Shown piece after piece: positions 53,206 through 64,000 of a stretch of 64,000 bases of DNA. The stretch covers positions 45,384,001 to 45,448,000 of the forward strand of contig NC_043003.1 of the NCBI RefSeq assembly GCF_006345805.1, written 5' to 3'. The notes beneath the pieces were generated by a model. It ran no database searches, was not told where the DNA came from, and saw only the letters and a list, made by a program, of their open reading frames with translations. How positions within the stretch are numbered: the first letter of the stretch is position 1; the number at the start of each line of letters is the position of its first letter. The stretch comes from Octopus sinensis (lineage: Eukaryota). The position numbers were made by a program, and so were the translations under genes.

Positions 53206-55721
53206 ACATTACATGTATGCACCAGCCAAAAATAATTCATTTTATGTCCATTTTCTCTCAGATAATCTTATTATTTAAACACACACTTTCAAACACACAC
53301 AGTACTCGCGTGCGCACACGCACACATGTTGTTCATTAACAACATGAGGAAGAAATGTAAGTACCAACAACAAAGATTTGTTTAGTAAAAGTTTAATAGT
53401 ACCAAATATAGTACAATGTTTAGGTACCGCAGATTTATTTGCCACGGAGTAAATCCGGAGTAAAGAACCAACTAGTAATAGTTGGATTATTAAACAAACA
53501 AAAAAATTCATTAAAAAAAAAAAGGATATTAAAAACATTATTAACAACAAATAATATTACTGATATATTGCTTGGTGGTTTTTCGTTTTGTCGAAAATTT
53601 ATGACGAAATGTTACCGACAGGGTAGGTTAAAATGCCTTGCTGTATACAGTTTTGCAATTCTAACGTTGTGAGGGTTAACCCTCTAACGTAGACTTTACA
53701 TCTCATCATTGTGGGATCCACAAAATAAATACCAATCGAGTACAATGTTGCTTTAACTGAATGTTCTCCCACTCCAAAATTTATAGCCCTGTTCCTACGT
53801 TAGAAACAATTATTATTATTATTATTATTATAGTTGTCATTGTTGATATTGCGATGGACTGGCAAAATAGAGTGTCGGATAAAGTATTCAGCGAGATATA
53901 ACTGCGATATTTCTGCTCTGACCACAAATCCGTACGAGGCCAATTTTTTCCTTTTCCTTTCAACGTCCAAGTATTGATATGATATAATACTAGTGAACCA
54001 CTAGATTAGATTTAACGGGTTGTATCATCTTCCCCAAAGTTTCTGAGCTGATTATTATTATTATTATTATTATCAATATCATTACTGTTTTTCCCAGTTG
54101 TTGAATTTAATGTATTTACTAAGCTATATGTGTGTATGTGCGCATGTGTGCGAATATTTTTTGGTAAGTAAGTAGGTTGGTAAATAGGTGGATCAGTAAG
54201 AAGTGTTATGTAAGTAGGTAGGAATGTTGGTAAGCAAAGATGCAGGTAGGAAGATACTTTCTCTAGTGAAGTTTCAAAGCCATGACTAGATAAAGAAAAT
54301 GGCTGTCCACCAGCGTGGGCATACCGAGCTTAAAGATCCCAAACAAGTATCGCAAAGCATGACGGTTAAAGATCTAAAAGATATTCGAATTCGTCTCGTT
54401 AATCTGTTACTTTAAAAAGTTAGGAGGAATGAAAGACAATGATGACCTGCTCGAGATTTGATCTCAGAATACAAAGCACCGAAACTTGCATCGCAATGCT
54501 TTTTTGCCTGACACTCAAGCAATTGTACCAGTCCAATACACACACACACATATATATATATATATGAATGTATTATGTATGTATGCATATGTATAATATA
54601 TATATATATATCATATATCATATATCATATATCATATATGTGTGTGTGTGTTTATTTTACATGTATACATGTGGTCCGAGATGGATATTGTGCGGTGTAA
54701 TTTGAAAGTGATTTGTATGCTTTCTCTAATATGTCGAGCGACTATTTTGATTTTGGCTTGAGTAGTAGTCGTACTACTACTACTACTACTAGTAGTGGTA
54801 GTAGTTGTAGTAGTAGTATGTTGATATTACTGCTGTTGTTTTTTGTCGATCCGTTGCCATTAAAAATTCGGTGTTCAATATGCCGTATATGCTTTATCTA
54901 AATATTACATATTTTATTTCATTTTTTTTAACCTCCCATATTCTTACTTCAACCTTCTACTATAATGTTATCCTCTCAAAAATGTTACAGTACATTTCAC
55001 GCACCATTGAATTAAATTAAAATGTTATGCGAATAAGCTTTCATGTTTATATTTTTGTTCTTGTATGGTTATCCAATATGGATAAAATTTAGGGAACGTA
55101 TAGAAATATATAGTGGACACACACATACGGTAAACACTCTGTATTGTCATTTTGGATCTGTATGGAAGTTGGACGGTTATACATAAACGTGAATGCATAA
55201 TACTATTTATGTGTAATTTTCAATGTCATAAATGTGTTGGTTGGTGTATGTGCGTACGTGTTTCAATATGAACGACCGTGTATAAAGATTTAAGTACGCA
55301 TATTTATGTATATACATGGTTCTTATGAATAGATATGTATACATGCACCTTCCACCCCACCTTTCTTGTTTTTTTGCAAGTAATATTTTGCAATGAATAT
55401 GTTGGAGTGTATGATGTAATGCATAAGTTGGTAGCTATATACATATGCATATACGAGTGTAAGTATCCATGCACACATGCATATACATACATGACCACTC
55501 CAACAACAAGCATGTACACATATATATACGTGTGCACGTATGCATGAAAAATATATGTGCATCTGCATATGCAACTTCGTATATTACATATACTAATATA
55601 AATATATTTTCATACAAATGTTAATATATATATATATGTAATATATGTGTGAGCATTTATATAATATACATGCGTCTGTATTTATATAATATATATATAT
55701 ATATTATATATATATATTTTA

Positions 55722-55753
<32 letters not shown>

Positions 55754-56125
55754 ATTATTATTATATTATATATATATATGAAATATACGTATGTGTGTGC
55801 ATGTGTCTATGGGCGTATATTTGTGTGTAAATGCAAACTTCCTTCTGTTAGTGCCAAAAAGTATGCGTTTCTTAATATCTATTTATATATTTATATTTAT
55901 GCACAACACTTAATAATCCACTTTGTGCATGCATGAATTCGGAACAAAATACATCATGTTTATTTTCATATATGCATATGCATGCAATAATGCCTCATAT
56001 ACATATCTCCGTACACACACACACACACCTTAGCATGCATGTGTTCTTACATCCAGCCATCCATGTCATGTACAAATATATGTATATGTGTGTATATGTA
56101 CATACATATATATGTATGTGTATGA

Positions 56126-56207
<82 letters not shown>

Positions 56208-56596
56208 TATATATATATACATATACATACATACATACGATGAAACAAATATTTATATAAACATACGTATGCATGTTCGCCTTTTTGTACGTATATATAT
56301 TGATGTATGCGTATACAAAAATCATCGTTCTTTAAAATAGGAACCCTTCATGTTCAACAAAATAATATTCCTTATATTAATCTGAAAAATCAATAAGAAG
56401 CAGTACAACTTCATTTGTACATCCAGTTGAGGTTTACGTACGAGTAACTGAAAAAAAGTTGTAGTTTCTTTTTTTTTTTTTCTTCTTTTCTTTTGTACTT
56501 TTGTTCTGCTTTCCTTCATAAATTCATTTATTCCTCTTAAACAAACGAACAACGATTAGAAAACCATACTCAACCCAGCAAAGCAATGTACCTGTA

Positions 56597-57214
56597 TCAA
56601 GGCCATTCAAAATTCCGTTTGGCCATGCTATAAAACTTTGTGTTAAATGGTCGATAAAAGTCTCTTAACCTTTGTATTACACGTGGATCTATTACTGGGT
56701 GTTGTCGTCCTTTCGTTTTACCTAAGCAGTGCGGATGGCCGCTGCCTTCTACTTTTTTCAGACAAGGAAACCCCTTTGTTTCATTAAAGAAAAAATGTTT
56801 TTCGTTTATGACCCTTTTAAGTCCGAGAAAATCTTGTAATAACGTCATTTCTCCTGCAGGATCTGATATTAGTTTCTCTCCGCTTACAAAATGCATTTGT
56901 TCAAGTGGAAAATATTTCAACCATGACTGAAGATGTTTAGCGTAGACACCAATACGAATTGCTCCCCAAGACGTGTCCACAATTCGAGTGCTGTTATTCA
57001 CAAATGCCATTGTTCGAATTGTCTAATAGTGTGTCGTTTGGTCATAGTCTGTGTATAATCAGAAATTGCACGGGTGACCGGGTCGCGAACAACGACGATT
57101 AACTTAACATCTTTTGACATGCTGTGGATTCGACGAGGAACATCTCGCGTAATAAAATAACTTGGTGTTTTCTCCATGGTTATCTGCCCCTTAATTGTCA
57201 CCGGCATTTGGTTC
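56597..57214 (-). CDS. HS3ST3: Terminal coding exon of a heparan sulfate glucosamine 3-O-sulfotransferase (HS3ST2/3/4/6, Hs3st-B type), with a 1-nt frameshift at 57010-57011
   Basis: The acceptor ttttctttcgacag|G at 57215/57214 is followed by (R)[26 protein letters not shown]...[16 protein letters not shown] (PAPS 3'-phosphate-binding motif). After a frame change it continues [27 protein letters not shown]...KGFPCLKK...[12 protein letters not shown]...FYRPFN...FEWP*. The phase-2 intron just before MP..GQITMEK matches the two-exon HS3ST2/3/4/6 group. The upstream exon (KGGT motif) was not found in the window. The paralog symbol is approximate. Confidence 0.95.
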
Positions 57215-57494
57215 CTGTCGAAAGAAAATGAATGAAATGTATTATTAATAAATATTCAATATCAGAAGCATCGATAATACATTACAAAATAAACTAGCAG
57301 ATAAATATATAACAATAGCAGTATGACATTGGAATATAACAAGAAATTGTGAGTGAGGTTACAATAGACTGGAAATTGCATCAACACGTGACCAGTATAT
57401 AAAACGTTACATTATAATAAACTCGATAAGACTTAATTTCTGAACATATATGGGCAGCTTACTGTTAAGTAGAACAAGAAATAATAATGGTTTC

Positions 57495-57693
57495 ATATTT
57501 TGGCACCAGGCCAGTAATTTGGGTGAGGGGACTACTCGATTGCACCTATCCCAGTGCATAAATGGCGCTTATTTTATCGAACCTGAAAGAATAAAAGGCA
57601 AAGTCGACCTCCGTGGAATTTGAACTCAGAACGTAGAGATGAATGAAATGCCGCTAAGCATTTTGTCTGGCGTGCTAACGGTCCCACTAGCTC

Positions 57694-57733
<40 letters not shown>

Positions 57734-57958
57734 TAATAATAATAATAATCTTTTCAACTATAGGCACAAGGCCTGAAATTTGGGGGGAGGGAGCCAGTCG
57801 ATTAGATCGACCCCAGTATGCAACTGGTACTTAATTTATCGACACCGAAAGCATGAAAGGCAAAGTTGACTTCGGCTGAATTTTAACTCAGAACGTAGCG
57901 TCAGGGCGAAATACGGCCAAGCATTTCGCTCGGCGTGCAAACGATTCTACTAGCTTGC
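57495..57958 (-). mobile_element. Two head-to-tail SINE family A copies separated by (AAT)n, in the HS3ST intron
   Basis: Cores at about 57570-57660 and 57830-57930; (AAT)n at about 57694-57748. Confidence 0.85.
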
Positions 57959-58050
57959 TAATGATAACAATAATGATGATGATAATATTTTCAACAGTAT
58001 TGAAAAGCGGTGTTATTTGATATCGACCTCAGTACTAGCCTGGTATTTTA

Positions 58051-58919
58051 CAGGGTATTCGGACTAAATTTGATGATTTTTATGTCTGTTTTTAGAGTAA
58101 CAGCTTCCAGTATTGGTGAACAGTGTTGGAGAGCATAAAGATTAAAGTTATGGTTGATAAAATATTAGCTGACATAGAAAACTGGAATCCATGAGAATAT
58201 TATAAAAGAGTTAACTATGCCATTATGATTCACCCGGTTATCAAAACGCTAACATCATGACTTCTGCTTAAAATCTCTGTAAAATTCTAAAGGTTGTAAC
58301 ACGTAACATGGGCATCATGAAAACTAAGTTCTTCCAAACTGCGATAGTCTATGGCTGGATCTTCAGTAAGGGTGACAGTATGCCGTCCTATATGTTTGAA
58401 CGGGGCCTTATGCTGAATTCAAAATCGGTTATGTGAAGTTGCTTGAGATTGTGATCAAACCCTGACTTGAGGTAGTCGCTGCTGGAAGGCCATGTATGTG
58501 TGTGCTGCTTGTCATACCTCCGTAAAAAAGGCACAAGTGTTTATCGGAGAATTACTACTACCTCACCAGCCCTAATTTCTGGCCTCCTAATTATCCCAAT
58601 TGTAATCCAAAGGATTGCTATGTGTAAGACGCAATTGAAAAAGCCCGATCTGCTTGCAACACAAAAGCCAAGCTGTCGGCTAGGATCAATGAGATGTTCC
58701 ATGATCTTCCCAGACACACAGTTAGAATTGCATGCAGTAAGTTCCAGAGCTGTCTTGAGGACATGGTGGAAGCTGAGGCCGGCTACTCTGAGGAAATCGT
58801 TATTTCTCATCCATAATCTAGTTGATATAGTTTGGCCTTTTAAAATACATTTATTTTTAGATAGAATATTGCGTTTTATTTTCCTTTTATGCACTGTCAA
58901 ATTTAGGCCGTACAGCCTG
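58051..58919 (+). mobile_element. Internally deleted Tc1/mariner element (maT/DD37D-like) in the HS3ST intron
   Basis: TA|cagggtattcggactaaatttgat left TIR; right TIR gtcaaatttaggccgtacagcctg (19/24 match). Decayed YVKLLEIVIKP*LEVVAAGRP, TSPNFWPPNYPNCNPKDCYV*DAIEK. Confidence 0.8.
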
Positions 58920-59415
58920 TGTTTTATCGATAATGAAGAGTTCGAATGTCAAATTTCAGATCGGGAGGATTGGAATCTGGAACATAAAGAACCAGAACGA
59001 TTACTGCTTGGTAGTTTTCACACGTATTTACCATATTGTCAATCCAATAACAACAACAATTATAATGTTCCAAGACATGAGTGATGACCGTTGAGCAAAA
59101 TGTCATCCTCTCATCAACATAAGAATTGTGATTCCGTAGCATAAACATGTACCAAATCTAGTATGTGTACGACAATAGATATATCATGACAGGATATATC
59201 TGTATATGACATGAGATGCATCAGTTCAAACCGATAAAGTGATCAAACGGAACAACACATATGTCATATCAAAGCCAGGAAATGAAAATATCTGTATAAT
59301 CTGGTAGACATCTTGATCTCTTCTAAACAAGTCATTGATAGGGAAAAAAATTGAAAAGCGAGTAAAAGAACAGTAACATTGAAATGGAAATAACATAGCA
59401 TGTGAAAGTAAAAGA

Positions 59416-59476
<61 letters not shown>

Positions 59477-59532
59477 TTATCATTAGTATTATTAACAACA
59501 GCGATATACATATATGTATGTGCCTATAAGTA

Positions 59533-59568
<36 letters not shown>

Positions 59569-59833
59569 TGAATGTATGTATGTATGTATGTATGTATGTA
59601 TTTATGTATCTATGTATGTATGTAAGTTTGTATGTATGTGTGTATGTATGTGTGTGTATGTGTGTGTGCAAGCGTCCGTGTGTCGAATGGTGTAAATGCA
59701 AATAATGTTAAAAGAGAGGAAGTGAATATATTTCTGAACAAGAAAGGTGACAGGAAGATTGTCGGATATTATCAAACCTAGTCAACGAGGTGATTTTATT
59801 GGAGTTATTGCCCTTGTTTTATTACTATTATTA

Positions 59834-59889
<56 letters not shown>

Positions 59890-61030
59890 GGTTTTATTTT
59901 TATTTCATTTATATATTTGATTTTAAACAAACCTAGAGAAAGTTTTCGCCAAACAATTTTGTCAAACAGCGATAATCTCACTTAATAGAATTTTTCAACA
60001 CGATATATACGTACGTATATCGCTGGAGTAAGCTTTGATGTTTGTCCGTTTGTCATATTCTAATGTCATGACAATATGACAGGCATACACGAACAATGTG
60101 ATGTTGGTGATGGAAGAATTCTAGATCTACCATTCGCTTGGATTCCACCTCACCCAGCAACCATGCATGAGAGGAAAATGGTTGAGTTGGGTTGGGTTGG
60201 GGGAACGGTGATTCAAAGAATGAAAAAAGCCAGGAGAATAGTATTGTAATAGCTGTTCGTCACAAGAGTATACAAGGTGGTAGGAGTGCCGCAAAAACGG
60301 AAGGAATTGTGATGATAATAATGGAGATGATGTTCATGATGGTGGTGATGAAAAGTTCGAGAATGATATTCATAAAGAGCATGATGATTATGATGGGTAG
60401 GAGGATGGTGGTGATGATGATGATGATGATGTGGAGGAAGAGAACGATGAGAAGGAGAAGGATTATTGGTTTGTTGCGTAGCACACACCCATGCCATTTG
60501 TCACATCCGAGATTAAACAGGCATAATGTCGAATTGCATTCTGGCCATGACCAACACAACATTTTTACTACACTGCAGTGACAAATACAGTTCTTGGATT
60601 ATATTATCAAATAAGTCTTTTATTTCTCAAGAAATTAAGATTAGATTCTAATCAGAAAGGTAGCTGCTGTTTCTAAGAAGACGTGTAATTCCCATCTCCA
60701 CATCAATTTCGAACAACCTACATACTATATTCATACACACACATCCACATACATGCTTCTTTGTATATATACACACACGTTCTCTAACACACAAACGAGC
60801 ATACACACACACATACGTGTGCGTACGCATACATAAACACATGCTGGAGCATTTGACGGAGGCGAGGAAGTAGAAACTTCGATGTTACAGTCAATCTTTT
60901 TCCTTGTAAAAGATAAATAAATATGTGTTCTGCTAAAAATGAATAATCATTTAATTTAATAGAAAATTGCCTTTTATATATAACTGCGTAAACAAATATC
61001 TATCTCCATCAATATATATATATATATATC

Positions 61031-61124
61031 CATCCTTGTTTTGTTGTATCGTCTGTCTGGATGTTTGTTGTCCCCTTTTGTCCCTAGTTGTCCGGATGTT
61101 TTGCGTTCATGTCCCATTTTGTAT

Positions 61125-61162
<38 letters not shown>

Positions 61163-61261
61163 ATATACGTTTAAATATTTGTTGTGCAAGATTTTTTATA
61201 TATTTTTATATAGTGCGTGTGTTTTTATTGGCTAAACTGGCATATGACCATTCCGAAATAT

Positions 61262-61269
<8 letters not shown>
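61031..61269. repeat. Composite of family Y 3' half, (TA)n and a family X fragment with internal inversion
   Basis: 61031-61123 matches family Y; 61168-61199 matches 6278-6309; 61208-61269 matches the inverted arm at 6605-6667. Confidence 0.8.
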
Positions 61270-61300
<31 letters not shown>

Positions 61301-61366
61301 TATATATAAATATATATATGTCTGTCAGTTTATTTGTCTATCTATCTGTCTGTGTGTAAGTGTGTG

Positions 61367-61403
<37 letters not shown>

Positions 61404-61727
61404 AAAAACACACGCACATATTGATGAGGGGTAAGTGTGTCCACGACTTTGTGTATTTTTCCTTTTTTTGTGCGTGTGTGTATATGTGTTCCTTCGTCGT
61501 CCTCCACTGCCACATTACCATAAATATTTATATATGGAAGCAGATGAAGTTCCCTGAAACCGTCGCATCAGCATTACTTAAAGCCACACATGGAGCTGGT
61601 CTTAGAACATCCATGCAGACAAATCAGTTAGAACTCGCCACTTCCTAGAAAGATCGCTCTGAGACCTTGAATGAAAAGAAGTAAATAAAATATGCTTTAT
61701 TTTAAATAAAAATTAAATAAATAGAGG

Positions 61728-62048
61728 TACATGCCACAGTAGTTAGAGCATCGCGCTCACAATCGTGTGGATGTGAGTTCGATTCCCAGGATGTGTGTTG
61801 TGTTCTGGAGCAAGACATTTTATTTCACGTTGCTCCAGTTCACTCAGCTTTGGAAATGAGTTGCGACATCACTTGTGCCAAGCTGTATCAGTTTCTGCCT
61901 GTTCCTTGAACAACATCGGTGACGTGGAGAGCGGTGACCGGTATGTATTCGCGACTGCTTGTCTTCCAAAAACCTTGCCCAGACTTGTGCCTGAGAGGGG
62001 AAATTTCTAGACGCAATCCCACGGTCATTCGTGACTGAGGGGGGTCAT
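61728..62048 (+). mobile_element. tRNA-derived SINE family E
   Basis: agttagagcatc...gagttcgattccc...gagcaagacattttatttcacgttgctccagttcactcagc...aaatgagt. Confidence 0.8.
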
Positions 62049-62289
62049 TACTCTTTTACTTGCGGAGTTGTATAAAACAATGAGTTGCCAGTAAAGTGTG
62101 ATCCCACTGAAGCATAACGGAGAGGATATGCAAGCCAGTCTCTTTGTAGGGGATACAATATGTTGGGCATTACATGGGCCAGTGGACAGAACGTCATTAA
62201 ATCAGCAGAGATGAGGTGGTTGTAGATGTGGTGGATGTAGATAAGGAAATTTGAGAACTTGAAAGGAGTAATATTAACTGAATACAAAC

Positions 62290-62670
62290 TGGAACTGGCT
62301 GCGTGGCAAGTAGCTTGCTTACCATGTTCAGTCCCACTGCATGGCAACTTGGGCAAGTATCTTCTAATATAGCCTCGGGCCGACCAGAGCCTTGTGATTG
62401 GATTTGGTAGACAGAAACTGAAAGAATCCCGTCGTATATATCTATATTTATATAAGTGTGTGTATGTTTGTGTGTCAATGTTTGTCCCCCAACATCGCTT
62501 GACAACCGATGTTGGTGTGTTTACGCCCCAGTAAATTAGCAGTTCGGCAAAAGAGACCGATAGAATAAGTATTAGGCTTACAAAGAATAAGTCTTGGGAT
62601 CGATTTGCTCGACTAAAAGCGTTGCTCGAGCATGGCCACAGTCAAATGACTGAAACAAGTAAAAGAGTAT
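62290..62670 (+). mobile_element. Composite SINE family C/B
   Basis: Same head, microsatellite and tail order as 31745-32155. Confidence 0.85.
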
Positions 62671-63496
62671 CATTGGGTCGCCTGGATGAGAATGTCTAAT
62701 TACTGAAAGACTCGAAATACCCAATCGCTCCAGGAAACATCACTTATGATGTATTCTATGCGAGAGCTAATCTAGTAACACATGGTCTTGAAAGAAAGTA
62801 ATGCCTTTTACAGCCATATACACTGCGTACACAAACACAAACACAAGCACACACACACACACACACACCCAAGCACACACATGGACGCACGCACGGACAC
62901 ATATACACATCTCGAAGATGGAAAATAATATATCTCTAAGATAGAAAATAGCTGGTTTTAATAGCAAATCAGATTTGCTTATGCATAGGATACCAACTTA
63001 CAGTTGCAAACTTCATTAGATTCTAAGGAAATGATTGGGGGAGAGTAATAAACAAGGTATATCTGAGGAAACTCATAGATATCCGACAGTACCTGATCGC
63101 ATTGCTCCCGAGGAAGCAACTATACATGGCTGTCGCTGAACAATATTTGATTATGGAGTAATTCTAACCATTAATCTGATATAATGATATAATCATGTGA
63201 ACTCAGCAACTGAAAGCTGCTGTCCGTTGCAGAAACAAATGTGATTCGCTATTAAAGCCTGCTAATTTCCTTCGTGTTATACTATTTGTATATCCATGCA
63301 ATATCCTTACACTGTATAATTCTTATATCCCATACAATAGTGGAGTTCCACTTATTTATCCAACCTTGGGCAGTATCCTGCAGTAGAAAGGCATGTGATG
63401 TACAGGAGCTTTCAAATGCACATGTACAGGAGCTTTCAAATGAAGCTATCCAGATTATACTAAAATGTATGTGTGTGCATGTTTATGTGTGTGAAG

Positions 63497-63531
<35 letters not shown>

Positions 63532-63923
63532 GAGTTAGACAGATAGATAGAAAAGACTAAGATAGAAGCATAAGGGTGACGATAGTGGGGGGATGTCTCA
63601 GCAGCTGCTGCTAATGATAATGAGGAAGATGAATTAGAATACATTTTTAATTCTAATTCTTGTGAAATTATTTCCTTCCTCTATTATTCTATTCTTTCAT
63701 TCATTCCTACATTCCTTTATGATCCGTTCCTTTCTTTATTCGTCCAGCCATTCTAACATTCTAGAAACTTTAATCCTTTGTTCGCATATTCATTCAAAGA
63801 CTCATTGTCCTTGTTTCTTCTTTATGCCATTGAAGACCACGGTTGGTAAGTCAGAATTCATTCGCCTCTCCCACGCCATTACCAAAACTACGACTATCAA
63901 TAACGACGACGGCAACAACAAAA

Positions 63924-63963
<40 letters not shown>

Positions 63964-64000
63964 GTAGTGCCACATTCTCTAATTTTATATTAACATCTTA

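Noticed and set aside
60192-60581. Asp-, Met- or His-rich ORFs as the missing HS3ST first exon
   Set aside because: This is GAT-type low complexity, with no IIGVKKGGT or HFFD...WYR motif and no donor site.

Overview
AT-rich, microsatellite-saturated eukaryotic DNA. Its SINE repertoire and simple-repeat landscape look like an octopus (coleoid cephalopod) genome; this is inferred from repeat-family recognition, not a database match. Only one host-gene exon is well supported: the last coding exon of a heparan sulfate 3-O-sulfotransferase (HS3ST2/3/4/6-type, minus strand, 56597-57214), which carries a 1-nt frameshift. The rest is intergenic or intronic: about 20 tRNA-derived SINE copies from several families, decayed CR1-type, RTE and R4/Dong LINEs, piggyBac-like and Tc1/mariner remnants, a Helentron-like non-autonomous element, and many micro- and minisatellites. 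Nearly all ORFs in the supplied track are microsatellite artefacts. The most interesting signal is three unrelated short fold-back elements (about 6.3-6.7, 18.8-19.3 and 48.9-49.5 kb). Each contains a type I hammerhead-ribozyme fold, and in each a duplication or deletion breakpoint of the inverted copy lies 0-2 nt from the predicted self-cleavage site. The best copy (49281-49328) has a compensatory U3-A8 core instead of C3-G8. These look like ribozyme-bearing Penelope-like or retrozyme-like elements. All folds were made by eye and need testing.
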